Assembly (NCBI GenBank): GCA_963827235.1
Contig: CAWHAE010000012.1
Location: 384,001 to 448,000 of the forward strand
DNA from: an uncultured bacterium
GTDB lineage: Bacteria > Chloroflexota > UBA5177 > JANWHV01
Length of the DNA stretch: 64,000 nt
Direction: 5' to 3'
The notes under the pieces were generated by a model. That model ran no database searches. It was given only the letters and a program-made list of their open reading frames with translations, and was not told where the DNA came from. The position numbers and the translations under genes are program-made. Of this stretch, positions 9,667 to 20,717 are shown one piece after another (position 1 is the stretch's first letter; each line of letters starts with the position of its first letter).

Positions 9667-9695
9667 TTGCTCGACCTGGAATGGTATGTTACCAT
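9667..9695 (+). promoter_or_regulatory. Promoter of rplS
   Basis: TTGCTC-N17-TACCAT with an extended -10 TG. Confidence 0.6.
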
Positions 9696-9756
9696 CTGCT
9701 CTTGGCTAGCGAAGAAACTCAATGCAGCGGGCGGTTGTGTCGGACGGTCGGGGTTA

Positions 9757-9805
9757 TCCCGCCACCGCAGCCCGCGCGGAAACACTCCTCATGGAGTTGG
9801 CGGGA
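9757..9805 (+). promoter_or_regulatory. Structured rplS 5' leader (candidate L19 autoregulatory element)
   Basis: TCCCGCCA/TGGCGGGA stem enclosing CCGC/GCGG and CTCC/GGAG hairpins; the 3' arm overlaps the RBS. Confidence 0.45.
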
Positions 9806-9814
9806 GAGAAGACG

Positions 9815-10186
9815 ATGGGAAATATCCTCGATTTGGTCCGGACCAGCCAGCTGAAATCGGATCTTCCTGAGATCAGCGTCGGAGATACCGTTCGCGTGCA
9901 CGCGCGCATCGTCGAGGGCAACAAGGAACGGATCCAGGTGTTCGAAGGCACCGTGATCCGCCGCCGGAAAGCGGCCGTCGATGCCAGCATCACTGTCCGC
10001 CGCCTGAGCGGTCAGATCGGCGTCGAGCGCACGTTCCTCGTGCATTCGCCGCGTATCGACAAGTTCGAGGTGGTGCGACACGGCGCTGTGCGCAGAGCGG
10101 CCCTGTATTACCTCCGCAAGCGCACCGGAAAGTCCGCCCGTATCCGCGAGAAGCGGTACGTGCAGCAGGCGGCCACAAAGGCCTGA
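9815..10186 (+). CDS. rplS: 50S ribosomal protein L19
   Basis: GDTVRVH.RI.EGNKERIQVFEG...IGVERTF.VHSP...VRRAALYYLR. Confidence 0.97.
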   Translation: MGNILDLVRTSQLKSDLPEISVGDTVRVHARIVEGNKERIQVFEGTVIRRRKAAVDASITVRRLSGQIGVERTFLVHSPRIDKFEVVRHGAVRRAALYYLRKRTGKSARIREKRYVQQAATKA

Positions 10187-10187
10187 C

Positions 10188-10556
10188 ATGCCGCATGCTC
10201 GCCGCCGTTTGGGTAACCGCGGCGAGAGCCTGGCGCTCCGGTTTCTGGTAGAGCACGGCTATGTCGTGCTGGCTACCAACTACGCCTGCAGTGCCGGCGA
10301 AGTCGATCTGGTGTGCCGCGATGGGGACACCTTGGCCTTCGTGGAAGTAAAGACCCGCCGGGGCGATCTGTTTGGCGCACCGGAAGAGGCCGTCACCGCC
10401 GCGAAGATCGCGCATCTGGCCTCCACCGCTGCGGACTATATGGCCAAGCATGGGGAGGAAGGCAGCCCCTGGCGAATCGACGTGGTGGCGATTGCCCTGG
10501 GATCGGCGGGTGCAGTCGACGAGATCAGGCTGATTCGGGGCGCCGGCGAGTGGTAG
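10188..10556 (+). CDS. YraN family PD-(D/E)xK nuclease-like protein
   Basis: LGNRGE.LA..FL...GEVDLV...LAFVEVKTR...PEEAVT...WRIDVVAI. Confidence 0.92.
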   Translation: MPHARRRLGNRGESLALRFLVEHGYVVLATNYACSAGEVDLVCRDGDTLAFVEVKTRRGDLFGAPEEAVTAAKIAHLASTAADYMAKHGEEGSPWRIDVVAIALGSAGAVDEIRLIRGAGEW

Positions 10557-10650
10557 CTGGTCGCCCGGCCCGGTGGCGACCCCGGTCCAGGGGCGGAGCC
10601 GGCACGTTCGCGCCCTGGCGTGCAAACCGCGTACTGCGGACAATACGCAT

Positions 10651-11859
10651 ATGGATACGGCCGAGAAGCTGGCGTTGCTCGGCAGCGCGGCGCGCTACGA
10701 GATAGCCGGCGAGCGACAGCAGACTCGTGTGGCCCAGGGAGCACGCGCCGCGCTCTGTCTCGGCGATGCGGCGCATGACACGCAGGGCACGCTGCTTCGA
10801 GTGTTGCAGAGCAGCTACTGCGAGCACGATTGTGCCTACTGTCCGCTGCGGCGCAGCAACGATCCCAGGCGCGCGTCCTTCGCAGCGGAGGAGCTTGCCG
10901 GTGTCTTTGCCGATCACTGGCTGCGCCGCCGCGCGGATGGACTAATGCTCAGCTCTGCCACGGACGATGACCCGGATGCTGCGATGCAGACCATGATCGA
11001 TACCGTGCGTATCCTGCGCGTCCGGCACCAGTTCGACGGCTACGTGCACCTGAAGATCTTGCCCGGCTGCTCGGACCCGTCGATCGAGGAAGCTGCCTCG
11101 GTGGCGGATCGCCTCTCGCTGAACGTGGAAGTGCCGGCTCCGGAATATCTTGATGGCCTGGAAACGGGCAAGCGCTGGCAGCAGGACATCCTGCGCCCGC
11201 TGCACACCCTGCGACGCTTGAGCCTGGCCGGAAGCATTCGAACCGGTGCTACCGGCCAGCTGCTAGTCGGCGTGGCGGCAAGCGGACGCTTGGCCGCCGC
11301 GGATCGGGCGCTGGCAGACGCTGCGCGCCGTCTACGCCGGGAATTCGACCTGCGTCGCGTTCACTACGGCTCGTTCCAGCCCGTGCCGGGCACGCCTCTG
11401 GCGGAAGCGATGCCGCCCGACCCTCGCCGTCGGGCCAGGCTCTACCAGTGGGACTGGCTGGCCACGCACTACCAGTTTGCCAATCAGGAGCTCGACGCCG
11501 CGTTCGACGCAGGCGGCAACCTGCCGCTGGCTCTCGATCCCAAGCTGGCCGTCAGCCTGGCCGTACCCGGCCGCGACTTGGTCGAAGTGAACACGGCAGA
11601 GTACGACGAGCTGTTGCGAGTGCCGGGCATAGGGCCCGTGAGCGCACGGCGCATTGTCGATCTGCGATACCTCGGCACCCTGGCCGATCTGCGCGACCTG
11701 AAGGTGCTGGGCGTCGTCACCTGGCGTGCGGCACCGTTCGTGCTGCTGAACGGCAGGAAGCCGCCCGAGGCCACGATGGCTCTGCATCGGATCAGGCGCG
11801 CTCTGCGCAACGTCGGTCCGCGGCCCGTCCAGCTTCCACTCTTTCCCGAGCTTGTCTAG
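10651..11859 (+). CDS. Radical SAM protein with C-terminal helix-hairpin-helix (putative DNA modification/repair family)
   Basis: [40 protein letters not shown]...[14 protein letters not shown]. Confidence 0.85.
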   Translation: MDTAEKLALLGSAARYEIAGERQQTRVAQGARAALCLGDAAHDTQGTLLRVLQSSYCEHDCAYCPLRRSNDPRRASFAAEELAGVFADHWLRRRADGLMLSSATDDDPDAAMQTMIDTVRILRVRHQFDGYVHLKILPGCSDPSIEEAASVADRLSLNVEVPAPEYLDGLETGKRWQQDILRPLHTLRRLSLAGSIRTGATGQLLVGVAASGRLAAADRALADAARRLRREFDLRRVHYGSFQPVPGTPLAEAMPPDPRRRARLYQWDWLATHYQFANQELDAAFDAGGNLPLALDPKLAVSLAVPGRDLVEVNTAEYDELLRVPGIGPVSARRIVDLRYLGTLADLRDLKVLGVVTWRAAPFVLLNGRKPPEATMALHRIRRALRNVGPRPVQLPLFPELV

Positions 11860-12902
11860 AGCTCGCGCATGACCGATGCCGTTCGGGCCAGCGCCCGGTC
11901 GATTTCGCCCTGGACGATGCCGTAGTGCGTGACGAACCGTAGCGTCGAAGTGCTCAAAGTGCCGCAGAGCACGCCCTGGCCTCGCAGCCGCTCGACGATG
12001 TCGTCGGCACTGCGACCCGTCGCAGCCACGTCGGCAACCACGATGTTGGTCTGTACGCTCTCCAGATTGACCGAGATCTTTGGCACCCCGGCTAGGCCGT
12101 TTGCCAGCATTCGCGCCAGGCGGTGGTCCTCTGCCAGGCGGTCCACCATGTTGTTGAACGCGTACAGGGCGCCGGCCGCGATCACGCCGGCCTGTCGCAT
12201 ACCTCCGCCGACCATCTTGCGCCAGCGAAGGGCGCGATCGATCAACTCACGGCTGCCGCAGACGACGGAGCCGACCGGTGCCGCCAGACCCTTGGAGGCG
12301 CAGGACATCACGGAGTCCGCTCCGGCGGCCACTTCTGCCGCCGGGACGCCGAGAGCGACCGCGGCATTGAAGATGCGCGCCCCATCGAGGTGCAGCGAGG
12401 CGCCGCGGGCGTGGGCCAGGTCGGCTATTTCCTGCATGTACGCGGGCGACAACACCACTCCGCCGCACAGGTTCTGCGTGTTCTCCAGGCAGATGAGCCG
12501 CGTGTAGGGATTGTGCACGTCACTCGGGTCGCGCATCACCGAGCGCACCGCCTCGGGATCCAGCGTTCCATCGGCGCGATTGGGAACCGTGCGCACCTGC
12601 GCTCCGGCCAGCGCCGATGCTCCGCCGACCTCGTAGTGGAGAATGTGCGCCTTGTCCCCCATCACGATCTCATCGCCGCGTGTGCACTGAGTAAGGATTG
12701 AGATCAGGTTGCCCTGCGTGCCGCTGGTTACGAAGAGCGCAGCTTCCTTGCCCAGAAGCGTGGCCGCGCGCTCTTGCAGGGCATTGACGGTTGGGTCCTC
12801 CCCATAGACGTCGTCTCCCAGCTCGGCTTCGTACATAGCGCGGCGCATCTCCGGCGGGGGTAGGGTCACCGTGTCGCTGCGAAGATCGATAGACTCACTC
12901 AC
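11856..12902 (-). CDS. ltaE: Low-specificity L-threonine aldolase
   Basis: [48 protein letters not shown]. Confidence 0.95.
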   Translation of the reverse strand: MSESIDLRSDTVTLPPPEMRRAMYEAELGDDVYGEDPTVNALQERAATLLGKEAALFVTSGTQGNLISILTQCTRGDEIVMGDKAHILHYEVGGASALAGAQVRTVPNRADGTLDPEAVRSVMRDPSDVHNPYTRLICLENTQNLCGGVVLSPAYMQEIADLAHARGASLHLDGARIFNAAVALGVPAAEVAAGADSVMSCASKGLAAPVGSVVCGSRELIDRALRWRKMVGGGMRQAGVIAAGALYAFNNMVDRLAEDHRLARMLANGLAGVPKISVNLESVQTNIVVADVAATGRSADDIVERLRGQGVLCGTLSTSTLRFVTHYGIVQGEIDRALARTASVMREL

Positions 12903-13130
12903 TATTCATGCCTTTCTGACGCTCTCCATTGATAGTATCCGGAGAAGGGGCGCCTCCGGCTCGGGCAAGCAGACTGTGCATGGCGCGCGGCCGCTGGGTG
13001 GCTGCCGCCCACGCTCAAGAGCCCTGCTCGCGGGCACCCTCATTCCCGAAGACGTGCCACGCAATTGCCGCGAGTCCCTGGTCCTGTGGTCGGCGTCGCG
13101 GTGCACGGGTCAGCCGGACAGCTTCTTCCG

Positions 13131-14604
13131 CTATCGTCCGGCTGCAGGCAGGTTGCGGACGACCTGCCTGCGCGGGCTGCCCGGTAGGTCGATATGCCCT
13201 GCGAATCGATAGACCGGCTGCCAGGTCAGCGTCTTGCCCCGGCCCGATTGCTCGTAGGCCACGCTCACGCTATCTATCACCACCGTCGACCCGGTAGGGG
13301 CAGAGAACGCGGCCGCACCGCCCGCGCTCGCCAGCGCTTGCGCGGGTCCGACCAGCGTCGTGGAGCGGCCCGGGCCCAGCGACGGCCAGGAGACGCTGGC
13401 GGCGGTCACCTCACGGGCGGCGTCGAGCACGACGGAGATCCCGGCAGGCATGTGGATGCCGGACAGACCGCGCGGGGCTCGCGGCCTGAACTCGACCGTG
13501 TGCGAGGACGAGGAGTACGTCGTGGAGGCTTGCGCCAGGTTGACCCCGGCGGGGATCAGACGATGCTCGGCTAGCCAGTCGCGGGCCGTCCGCGCGGCCA
13601 CCAGAGCGGTCACAGGAGCCACCGAGGTCGCGGCGCTCCCGGCATGGGTATATGTGATACGGCTCGGCGAGCTTCCGTCGAGCGTGAGAAGGTCGCTGCC
13701 GGCCGACGACCGGTACGTGTCCGGGCTCGTCCTGAGAAGCCCAGGGAACGTCGCCACGATCTTCGCCACGCCGGCCGCCGGGAATCGCGCGTACTGCAGG
13801 CTGTACACGTCGGCTCGCGTGGGAAGGGACGTGAGCCCGGACGGCAGGCGGATCCTCGAGGCAGGCGGACCGGCCGCGGCGAATGCCCGCGACGGGCGGC
13901 CGGGAACGGCCGTCTCCGGGCTTCCAACCGCGCGCGGCGCGGGTGCCTGCACAGCCGCGGGCACGTGGGTGGCGGCGGTCGCGCGAATGGCGGCAGCCGG
14001 CACGTGAGCTGGGCTGCCCGATGCACGAGTGGCGGCAACCGGCACGTGGGTGCCGGCAGTAACGGAGGGTTCAGCGCCGAGCGCGGCGAGCACGTGATCG
14101 GTCGGTGCCGGTGTCCCGCCTTCCGCAGAACCCGACTTTGCCTGCGTGGTGTGAGCGGCGGCTGCCGCGGCCGCAGGCGTCTTCGTTGCCGCGCTGTTGC
14201 TTGCCAGGCGTGGAGACGCCGTTGGATGCAGGAGCGCGTTCACGGTGGTAATGATCAGAGCCGCGGCGACAAACGGCAGCAGGATGGCCCTGTACATGCG
14301 CGTGCGCGAGGTAAAGAATCGCGGGCCGGGCCCTACGTGCCTCGTCGGCGGATGGCGTCGGCACGGACTTCTGCTCACCACCCGAGCCCGCGTGCTCGGC
14401 CAGCAGAGTCTCCCGAAGGTGCCGGGAAAAGGCCGGCTGCAGCTCGGATTCGGCCTGTCGAATGAACGCAAGGTTCGGCCTCAGGCGCTCGAGGTCCGAT
14501 CCCAGCCCGGCAAGCGCGTCGAGCTCGGGATCGGGAGAATCGTCGGGTGCTCGCCCGCCGTCCAGCATCCGCCAGAGAGCCTCGGCGCGACGGTCATCCT
14601 GCAT
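13131..14604 (-). pseudogene. Probable membrane-anchored anti-sigma factor, split by a frameshift near 14300-14370
   Basis: The start at 14604 (GGAGG RBS) overlaps the ECF sigma stop and encodes a helical N-domain (PAFSRHLRETLL). The TM helix (MYRAILLPFVAAALIITTVNALL), Ala/Pro-rich linker and extracellular domain lie in another frame ending at 13131. Confidence 0.55.
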
Positions 14605-15307
14605 CGGTGGCCTCCAGGGCAGAGTTTCGACGCAGGTTCTGCAGCGCGCGCATCAGCAACATCTTCACCGATCCCTCCGATCGAGACATCTGGGCTGCGA
14701 TGCCGGCGATCTGCAGACCGTCTACGAAGCGGAGCTGAACCACTGCGCGCTGCTCAGCGGTCAGGTCTGCGATCAATCTGCTGAACGCTTCTGCCTGCTC
14801 CCAGGCGGCTATGTCCTGCTCGGCTCGTTCGTCGGCTATCTGGATCTCCTCATCCTGTTCGCTGCCTTCCGGCTTCCGCTGCAGCGGCACGTCGGCATGC
14901 GCTACACGGCCCATGTCGACGACGACGTTTGCCGCGATTCGCAACAGCCAGCTTCGAAAAGGCACGCCGCGGTGCTCGTAGCGAGGAAGGCCGCGCAAGG
15001 CCTTGAGAAACGTCTGCGAGGTGACGTCCTCGGCATTGCTCACGTCGCGCACCTTGCTGAGCGCGAACGCGAAAACAGAGCGCATGTGCCGTTCATAGAG
15101 GAGAGCAAAGGCATCGGAGTCGGTCTTGGCACGCTCCACCAGCGCAGGCTCATCGAGAATGAGAAGCGACGGCTGCGGCTCAGGTTGGGTGCGGACGCCG
15201 TCCGCGCGCCTATCCGGCGTGGCGAGGCGCGTCGCTGCATCGTCACCGCGGCCGGGCACGATACGTCCCAGCTTCCCGATGGCCGGTGTTGCGGAGGCAA
15301 CCGGCAT
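14594..15307 (-). CDS. ECF RNA polymerase sigma-70 factor
   Basis: DAFALLYERH...AEDVTSQTFLKA...FRSWLLRIAANVVVD (region 2); LTAEQRAVVQLRF...IAAQMSRSEGSVKMLLMRAL (region 4). Start uncertain. Confidence 0.9.
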   Translation of the reverse strand: MPVASATPAIGKLGRIVPGRGDDAATRLATPDRRADGVRTQPEPQPSLLILDEPALVERAKTDSDAFALLYERHMRSVFAFALSKVRDVSNAEDVTSQTFLKALRGLPRYEHRGVPFRSWLLRIAANVVVDMGRVAHADVPLQRKPEGSEQDEEIQIADERAEQDIAAWEQAEAFSRLIADLTAEQRAVVQLRFVDGLQIAGIAAQMSRSEGSVKMLLMRALQNLRRNSALEATDAG

Positions 15308-15656
15308 AGCGGTCAGTCGCCTTGCTGCGACTCGTGGCCAGGGCGTCGGCCAGCCTACGCCGCGGGCAGCTGCGCGAAACGAGTATCCTGGTGATTCTTG
15401 CATGGCTTTGCGCACACCATACGCCGGCGTGGTGTCGCCGGTCGACCACCCGCAAACCGATCATCGGCTCTCTCATACATACAACGCTGCCGCCGGGCGC
15501 AAACGTAACGTGCGATCCCTCGCTCCGGCGGAGTCGCCGAGGGCTGCCAACTCGGACATATCCAGCAGGGGCGGCGCAAACAATGTGCAACACGCCCGCG
15601 GGCATGTTGCCCCCGGCGTTGCTCTTCCCGGCCGAGCGCTCTTCTGGCAGTCTCGA

Positions 15657-15980
15657 CTACGCCTCGGGCTCGACCACGACTGCGGTTCCGTAGGCGACGA
15701 TCTCTGACATGTTGGTTCCTATCTCAGAGGAATCAAAACGCATCATGACCACGCCGTTGGCTCCCATCGCCTGCGCGTTCTGCACCATGCGATCGATAGC
15801 GTCGTTTCGCGAGGTCTCGAGTAGCTGGGTGTACTCCTTGATCTCGCCGCCCTTGATGGTTCGCAGCGATGCCATGATATTGCCGCCGATCCCCCGGCTC
15901 CTGACGACAACGCCGAAGACCTGACCCTTAACCTCGCGGACCTTGTAGCCGTGCACGTTCTCAGTGGTGGTGATAATCAA
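15657..15980 (-). CDS. YbjQ/UPF0145 family protein
   Basis: IITTTENV.G...GVVVRSR...GGEIKEYT.LL..SR..AI.RM...A..MGANGV; TTG start after GGAGG. Confidence 0.9.
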   Translation of the reverse strand: MIITTTENVHGYKVREVKGQVFGVVVRSRGIGGNIMASLRTIKGGEIKEYTQLLETSRNDAIDRMVQNAQAMGANGVVMMRFDSSEIGTNMSEIVAYGTAVVVEPEA

Positions 15981-16259
15981 TGTCGTCCTCCGTCCCTTAC
16001 TTTCGGGTATTATAAGCATTCTGCTCGATGAGCAATATCCTTGTAAGCGAACAGACGCATGCTGCTCGCATTGCCAACCGGACACAAGACCTGTGCGTCC
16101 GAAGCAGGGTCGCTCCCGCCGGAAGAGCGCGGTCAAGCTCCATGGTAGCGGCTGGGTGCCGGCTGTCAATCTGTGGGCCGGCGGCGCTCGATCCAAGCCC
16201 GCCGTTGCCGCACCGGCAGGTCGGCGATATGGGGGAGGACGACTGGCCGGCTTGCGTGG

Positions 16260-16613
16260 CTTCGCTTCGGGCAGTAAAGGTGGGCGCCCACTGGTCAGCG
16301 ACCACGACGCTCGGTATGGGAGGCTTGCTGTCGGGGACCGCCAAGGGCGACGAGACGCTGACGGCCTTGACCACGAGCGGAGGCCGGCAAGTGGCGACCA
16401 TGGTGGGCACGACCTCCGGAAAAGCATCAATGACTATTAGTGGCGGCACGTTTAACGGCAGCGTGTCCGGTACCGGCACCACGAGAGTATTCGGCGATAC
16501 GGGAGAGTTGATTGGTCTTGACGCCTCGATGGACGTCGCCGGATTCGATCAAGACGTCGCAGGGCGACGGCAAGATGTCCCTTGAGGAGACGGTCTCGAT
16601 CAGGGAGAACTGA
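16260..16613 (+). pseudogene. 3' remnant of a beta-strand-rich secreted protein, with a frameshift near 16543
   Basis: VKVGAHWSATTTL...LIGLDASMDVAG continues in the +1 frame as SIKTSQGDGKMSLEETVSIREN*. No credible start. Confidence 0.4.
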
Positions 16614-16649
16614 CGCCATCGCCCACAGGGAGTGACGGCTCAGTGAGGG

Positions 16650-18002
16650 CTACAGACGTGAAGTATGCTCGTTCAGCTCAAATGCCACGTCGTGCTCGGC
16701 GAATTGGCGGCACTCGAGCGACTTGATGGCGTGCAGCGCCGCGTGGAGCTCCGGTCCCAGCGCCGCCTCCAGCATCGTGTCGCCTGCCAGGGCCTCCAGT
16801 GCATCGCCCAGGTTGCGCGGCAGCGGGGCAAGCCCTTCCGGGACGTCGAACGCCTCGCCGGTCAACGCGTCGTCGAGTAACGGTGGCGGCAGCGTGCACT
16901 CCCGTGCCATGCCGTCGAGCCCGGACGCGACGATGCCGCCCAGCAAGAGGTATGGGTTGGCTGCATGGTCGGCAATGCGCAGCTCGGCGTGCAAGGTAAC
17001 CGATTCCTCGCCGGAGTATGGCGAGACCACGCGTACGGCGGCCAGCCGGCTATCGGGACCCCACGAGGGTGCCAACGTGCCGGCCAGGTCCGACTGCATC
17101 CTGCGATAGGAGTTCACGCTCGGACAGGCAAGGCCGGTCAGCCCCGGCAGGTGCTCGACCACGCCCGCCAGGAAGCCGCGAGCAGTGTCGGACATCTGGT
17201 AAGGCGCCTCGGGCTCGAAGAATCGCGAGGCCCGGCCGTCGCTTCCGGTCAGGCTGAAGTGCACGTGGCAGGCATTGCCGGGCTGGTCGACGAACGGCTT
17301 CGGCGCGAACGACGCGATGAGACCGTTCGCTGCCGCGACGCCCCGCACTGTCTCGCGGAAAATGACGAGGTTGTCGGCCGCTCCAACGCCGTCCGCGTGC
17401 CGGATGGTGAGCTGGTGCTGACCATGGCCCGCCTCCGCACTGTACTGCTCTACGGCCAAGCGTTGAGTGTCCAGAGCGTCGATCAGCTCATTGATCACGG
17501 GCGCGGCGCTGTTCATCGACGCCGTGGCGAAACATCCGGCTCGGTCCACCGGCTCCAGCGTGTTGCCTTCCCGGCGAAGCAGCGTGAAGGTGCTCTCAAA
17601 TGCTGCCTGGATTCGCAAGCCGCGTGCGTTCAGCCGGCCAAGCGTGCGCTTGAGGAAGGAGCGCGGGCAGAAAAGCCAGGGTTCGAAATCCGGCGTGACG
17701 ATATCGGCACACATGGAAGCGGCGCGCGCCACATACGGGAGCTCGACGAACGTCTCCTGGTCGGGCGCCAGTCTGACTTCGCCGACCTGTCCGAGGCCCG
17801 GGACGGGCGTGATGGTGTCGAGCAGCGTGCGCGCAAGCGCCACCTTACCCATGGAGACCCCGCTCTGCCTGCGCTCCTCGAGCCCGTGTACGTGGACGGC
17901 TTTTGCGCGAATGATCGAGCTGAGGTCACAGAACAGAAACCGGACCAACCGGATGTCGCGCTCACGCACCTGGCGCGCGATATCCGTACGCACGCTGCCC
18001 AT
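16650..18002 (-). CDS. Glutamine synthetase-family (gamma-glutamyl ligase-like) moiety, possibly translated from its own ATG
   Basis: VRFLFCDL..IIRAK, CPRSFLKR, ASFAPKP, HVHFSL, PSVNSYRR, ELR..D..ANPYL; AAGGA upstream of ATG 18002. Confidence 0.75.
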   Translation of the reverse strand: MGSVRTDIARQVRERDIRLVRFLFCDLSSIIRAKAVHVHGLEERRQSGVSMGKVALARTLLDTITPVPGLGQVGEVRLAPDQETFVELPYVARAASMCADIVTPDFEPWLFCPRSFLKRTLGRLNARGLRIQAAFESTFTLLRREGNTLEPVDRAGCFATASMNSAAPVINELIDALDTQRLAVEQYSAEAGHGQHQLTIRHADGVGAADNLVIFRETVRGVAAANGLIASFAPKPFVDQPGNACHVHFSLTGSDGRASRFFEPEAPYQMSDTARGFLAGVVEHLPGLTGLACPSVNSYRRMQSDLAGTLAPSWGPDSRLAAVRVVSPYSGEESVTLHAELRIADHAANPYLLLGGIVASGLDGMARECTLPPPLLDDALTGEAFDVPEGLAPLPRNLGDALEALAGDTMLEAALGPELHAALHAIKSLECRQFAEHDVAFELNEHTSRL

Positions 18003-19553
18003 TATCCGCGATCCTTCGATAGTCCCAACCGGCGCCGGTGCTGAATCCGGCGCCCAGCGCATACTCAGCGAGGGACTCTCTGCTGCGGGCTCAACGGCGT
18101 CAAAGCCACCGACGGTTACGAGGACCATGACCAGCCCGAGCTGTGCCTCGATGCCGTGCACGAGCAAGTCGTCGAAGAACATGTGCGTGGCAAACGCTAC
18201 GAGCACGCCCAGACCGCCCAAGCTCACGGCGCGGCCAAAATCGTCCGGAGCGCGCCGATACGTTCGCACGCAGATCGCTATGCCGCTGCCGAGCAGGAAT
18301 ATCCAGGCCAGGAATCCAGGCACGCCCGCTTCCGCTGCGATGTTGATGTAGTAGTTATGTGCGTGGCCGAGCGGGTTGTCCCAGGGCCCCTCCACCCGAT
18401 AGTGCCAATAGGCGGCCGGATAATTGCCGATGCCAACTCCCAGGATCGGATTGGCGGCGAACATGCGCAGTCCGGCCTCCATATGGGCCAGGCGCTCGGC
18501 CGAGCTCCAGGTAACCGGCGTGGGGTTCGCGACATCCACGTTCGACACACCTAAACCGCTCGCAATGGGGTCCGACACGGCGCCCGGAATGATGCCGATG
18601 AACCCGAGCAGGAATACGCACGCGATGACCAAGCCTGCTACCGGCAGCAACGCGCGCACACGCTGCGACGTCACGCCGAACAGCACCACCAGGGCGGCGA
18701 TCGACCCGAGCTCGGCACCCCGGGACAACGACGAGAAGACTCCGGCAGCAGTCACCAGGGTGACCAGCCACACCAGCTTCCGCGGAAGCACGCGGAATAT
18801 CAAGCACGCCACGGCCAACGGAAAGGTCATGTTGAGGTAGCCGGCGAACGGATTCGGCTGATCGAACGTACCGGAGCTACGCAGAATGGCGCCTCGGGCA
18901 AAACTGCTGGGACCGCTGTGCAGGAACGTCTGAGCGACGCCTACCGCGGCCTCAGACAGGACTGCCAGGAACACAACGGCCAGCAGGATGAGCGCCTGAC
19001 GACGCGACTTCACAAGTGTCGCACCCGTCAGGTAGACGAGCGTGAGCTGCCCCCACTTGAGCAGCTCCTTGATGCTGCCCACGAGATAGGTAGCCTGGCT
19101 AACCGAGGCGAGCAGTACCACGCCGTAGATTAGCAGCGCCGTCCGCCAGGGAGCTGCGTTAAGGTTGATCTCTCCGGATATGGCGCTCCTGCCCACCAGC
19201 GCCGCGGCAATGGTGAACACGATCACATTGGTGGTGGTGACGTTGAGTCCGCCCAGCTGCAGGTTGCGCACCGACTCGAAGGGTACGGAAAAGGCCAGCG
19301 TGCAGAGAGCGCCGAATGGCTGCGAGAGCAGAACGAGTAGAACGGCCACGCCGGCAATCGCCGCGGCGCTTAGCGCGGGCGGTGCCAGGGCCACCACAAT
19401 ACCGCCGACCACCACCAGCCCATACAGCACTCGCCGTGCCGCCACTCTGCTGGAACTGCGCCGGGCAATACGAACAGGGGGAGAGAAGAATACGTCCTCG
19501 GGCATCGCGAGGCTGGCACCGCGGACCGTGGCTTGGAAGTCTTTCACTCCCAT
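16650..19553 (-). CDS. O-antigen ligase/Wzy-like polytopic membrane protein fused in frame to a glutamine synthetase-like domain
   Basis: N-half: many TMs, RSSGTFDQPNPFAGYL, SLSRGA, ERL...NPILGVGIGNY, HAHNYYI..AAE.G. C-half: GS motifs. No stop between them. Confidence 0.75.
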   Translation of the reverse strand: MGVKDFQATVRGASLAMPEDVFFSPPVRIARRSSSRVAARRVLYGLVVVGGIVVALAPPALSAAAIAGVAVLLVLLSQPFGALCTLAFSVPFESVRNLQLGGLNVTTTNVIVFTIAAALVGRSAISGEINLNAAPWRTALLIYGVVLLASVSQATYLVGSIKELLKWGQLTLVYLTGATLVKSRRQALILLAVVFLAVLSEAAVGVAQTFLHSGPSSFARGAILRSSGTFDQPNPFAGYLNMTFPLAVACLIFRVLPRKLVWLVTLVTAAGVFSSLSRGAELGSIAALVVLFGVTSQRVRALLPVAGLVIACVFLLGFIGIIPGAVSDPIASGLGVSNVDVANPTPVTWSSAERLAHMEAGLRMFAANPILGVGIGNYPAAYWHYRVEGPWDNPLGHAHNYYINIAAEAGVPGFLAWIFLLGSGIAICVRTYRRAPDDFGRAVSLGGLGVLVAFATHMFFDDLLVHGIEAQLGLVMVLVTVGGFDAVEPAAESPSLSMRWAPDSAPAPVGTIEGSRIMGSVRTDIARQVRERDIRLVRFLFCDLSSIIRAKAVHVHGLEERRQSGVSMGKVALARTLLDTITPVPGLGQVGEVRLAPDQETFVELPYVARAASMCADIVTPDFEPWLFCPRSFLKRTLGRLNARGLRIQAAFESTFTLLRREGNTLEPVDRAGCFATASMNSAAPVINELIDALDTQRLAVEQYSAEAGHGQHQLTIRHADGVGAADNLVIFRETVRGVAAANGLIASFAPKPFVDQPGNACHVHFSLTGSDGRASRFFEPEAPYQMSDTARGFLAGVVEHLPGLTGLACPSVNSYRRMQSDLAGTLAPSWGPDSRLAAVRVVSPYSGEESVTLHAELRIADHAANPYLLLGGIVASGLDGMARECTLPPPLLDDALTGEAFDVPEGLAPLPRNLGDALEALAGDTMLEAALGPELHAALHAIKSLECRQFAEHDVAFELNEHTSRL

Positions 19554-19736
19554 ACTATATCAGGCCCGGCTCGGCGATGCCGCATCTCAGCCATGGTCGC
19601 GTTTGGATGCGCAAGGCGACGTTGCGGTCTTGCTGGCGATAGAAGCCATGCCCGGCAGGGGCGCGGGCGGTCGCGCCGGCAACGGTGCTGCAATGGGCGG
19701 ACCGACGCCGAGGATCAGATGCCGCCGCCAAGCTCG

Positions 19737-20717
<981 letters not shown>

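Noticed and set aside
17675-17700. tRNA T-loop-like GGTTCGAAATCC
   Set aside because: It lies inside the GS coding region with no cloverleaf.
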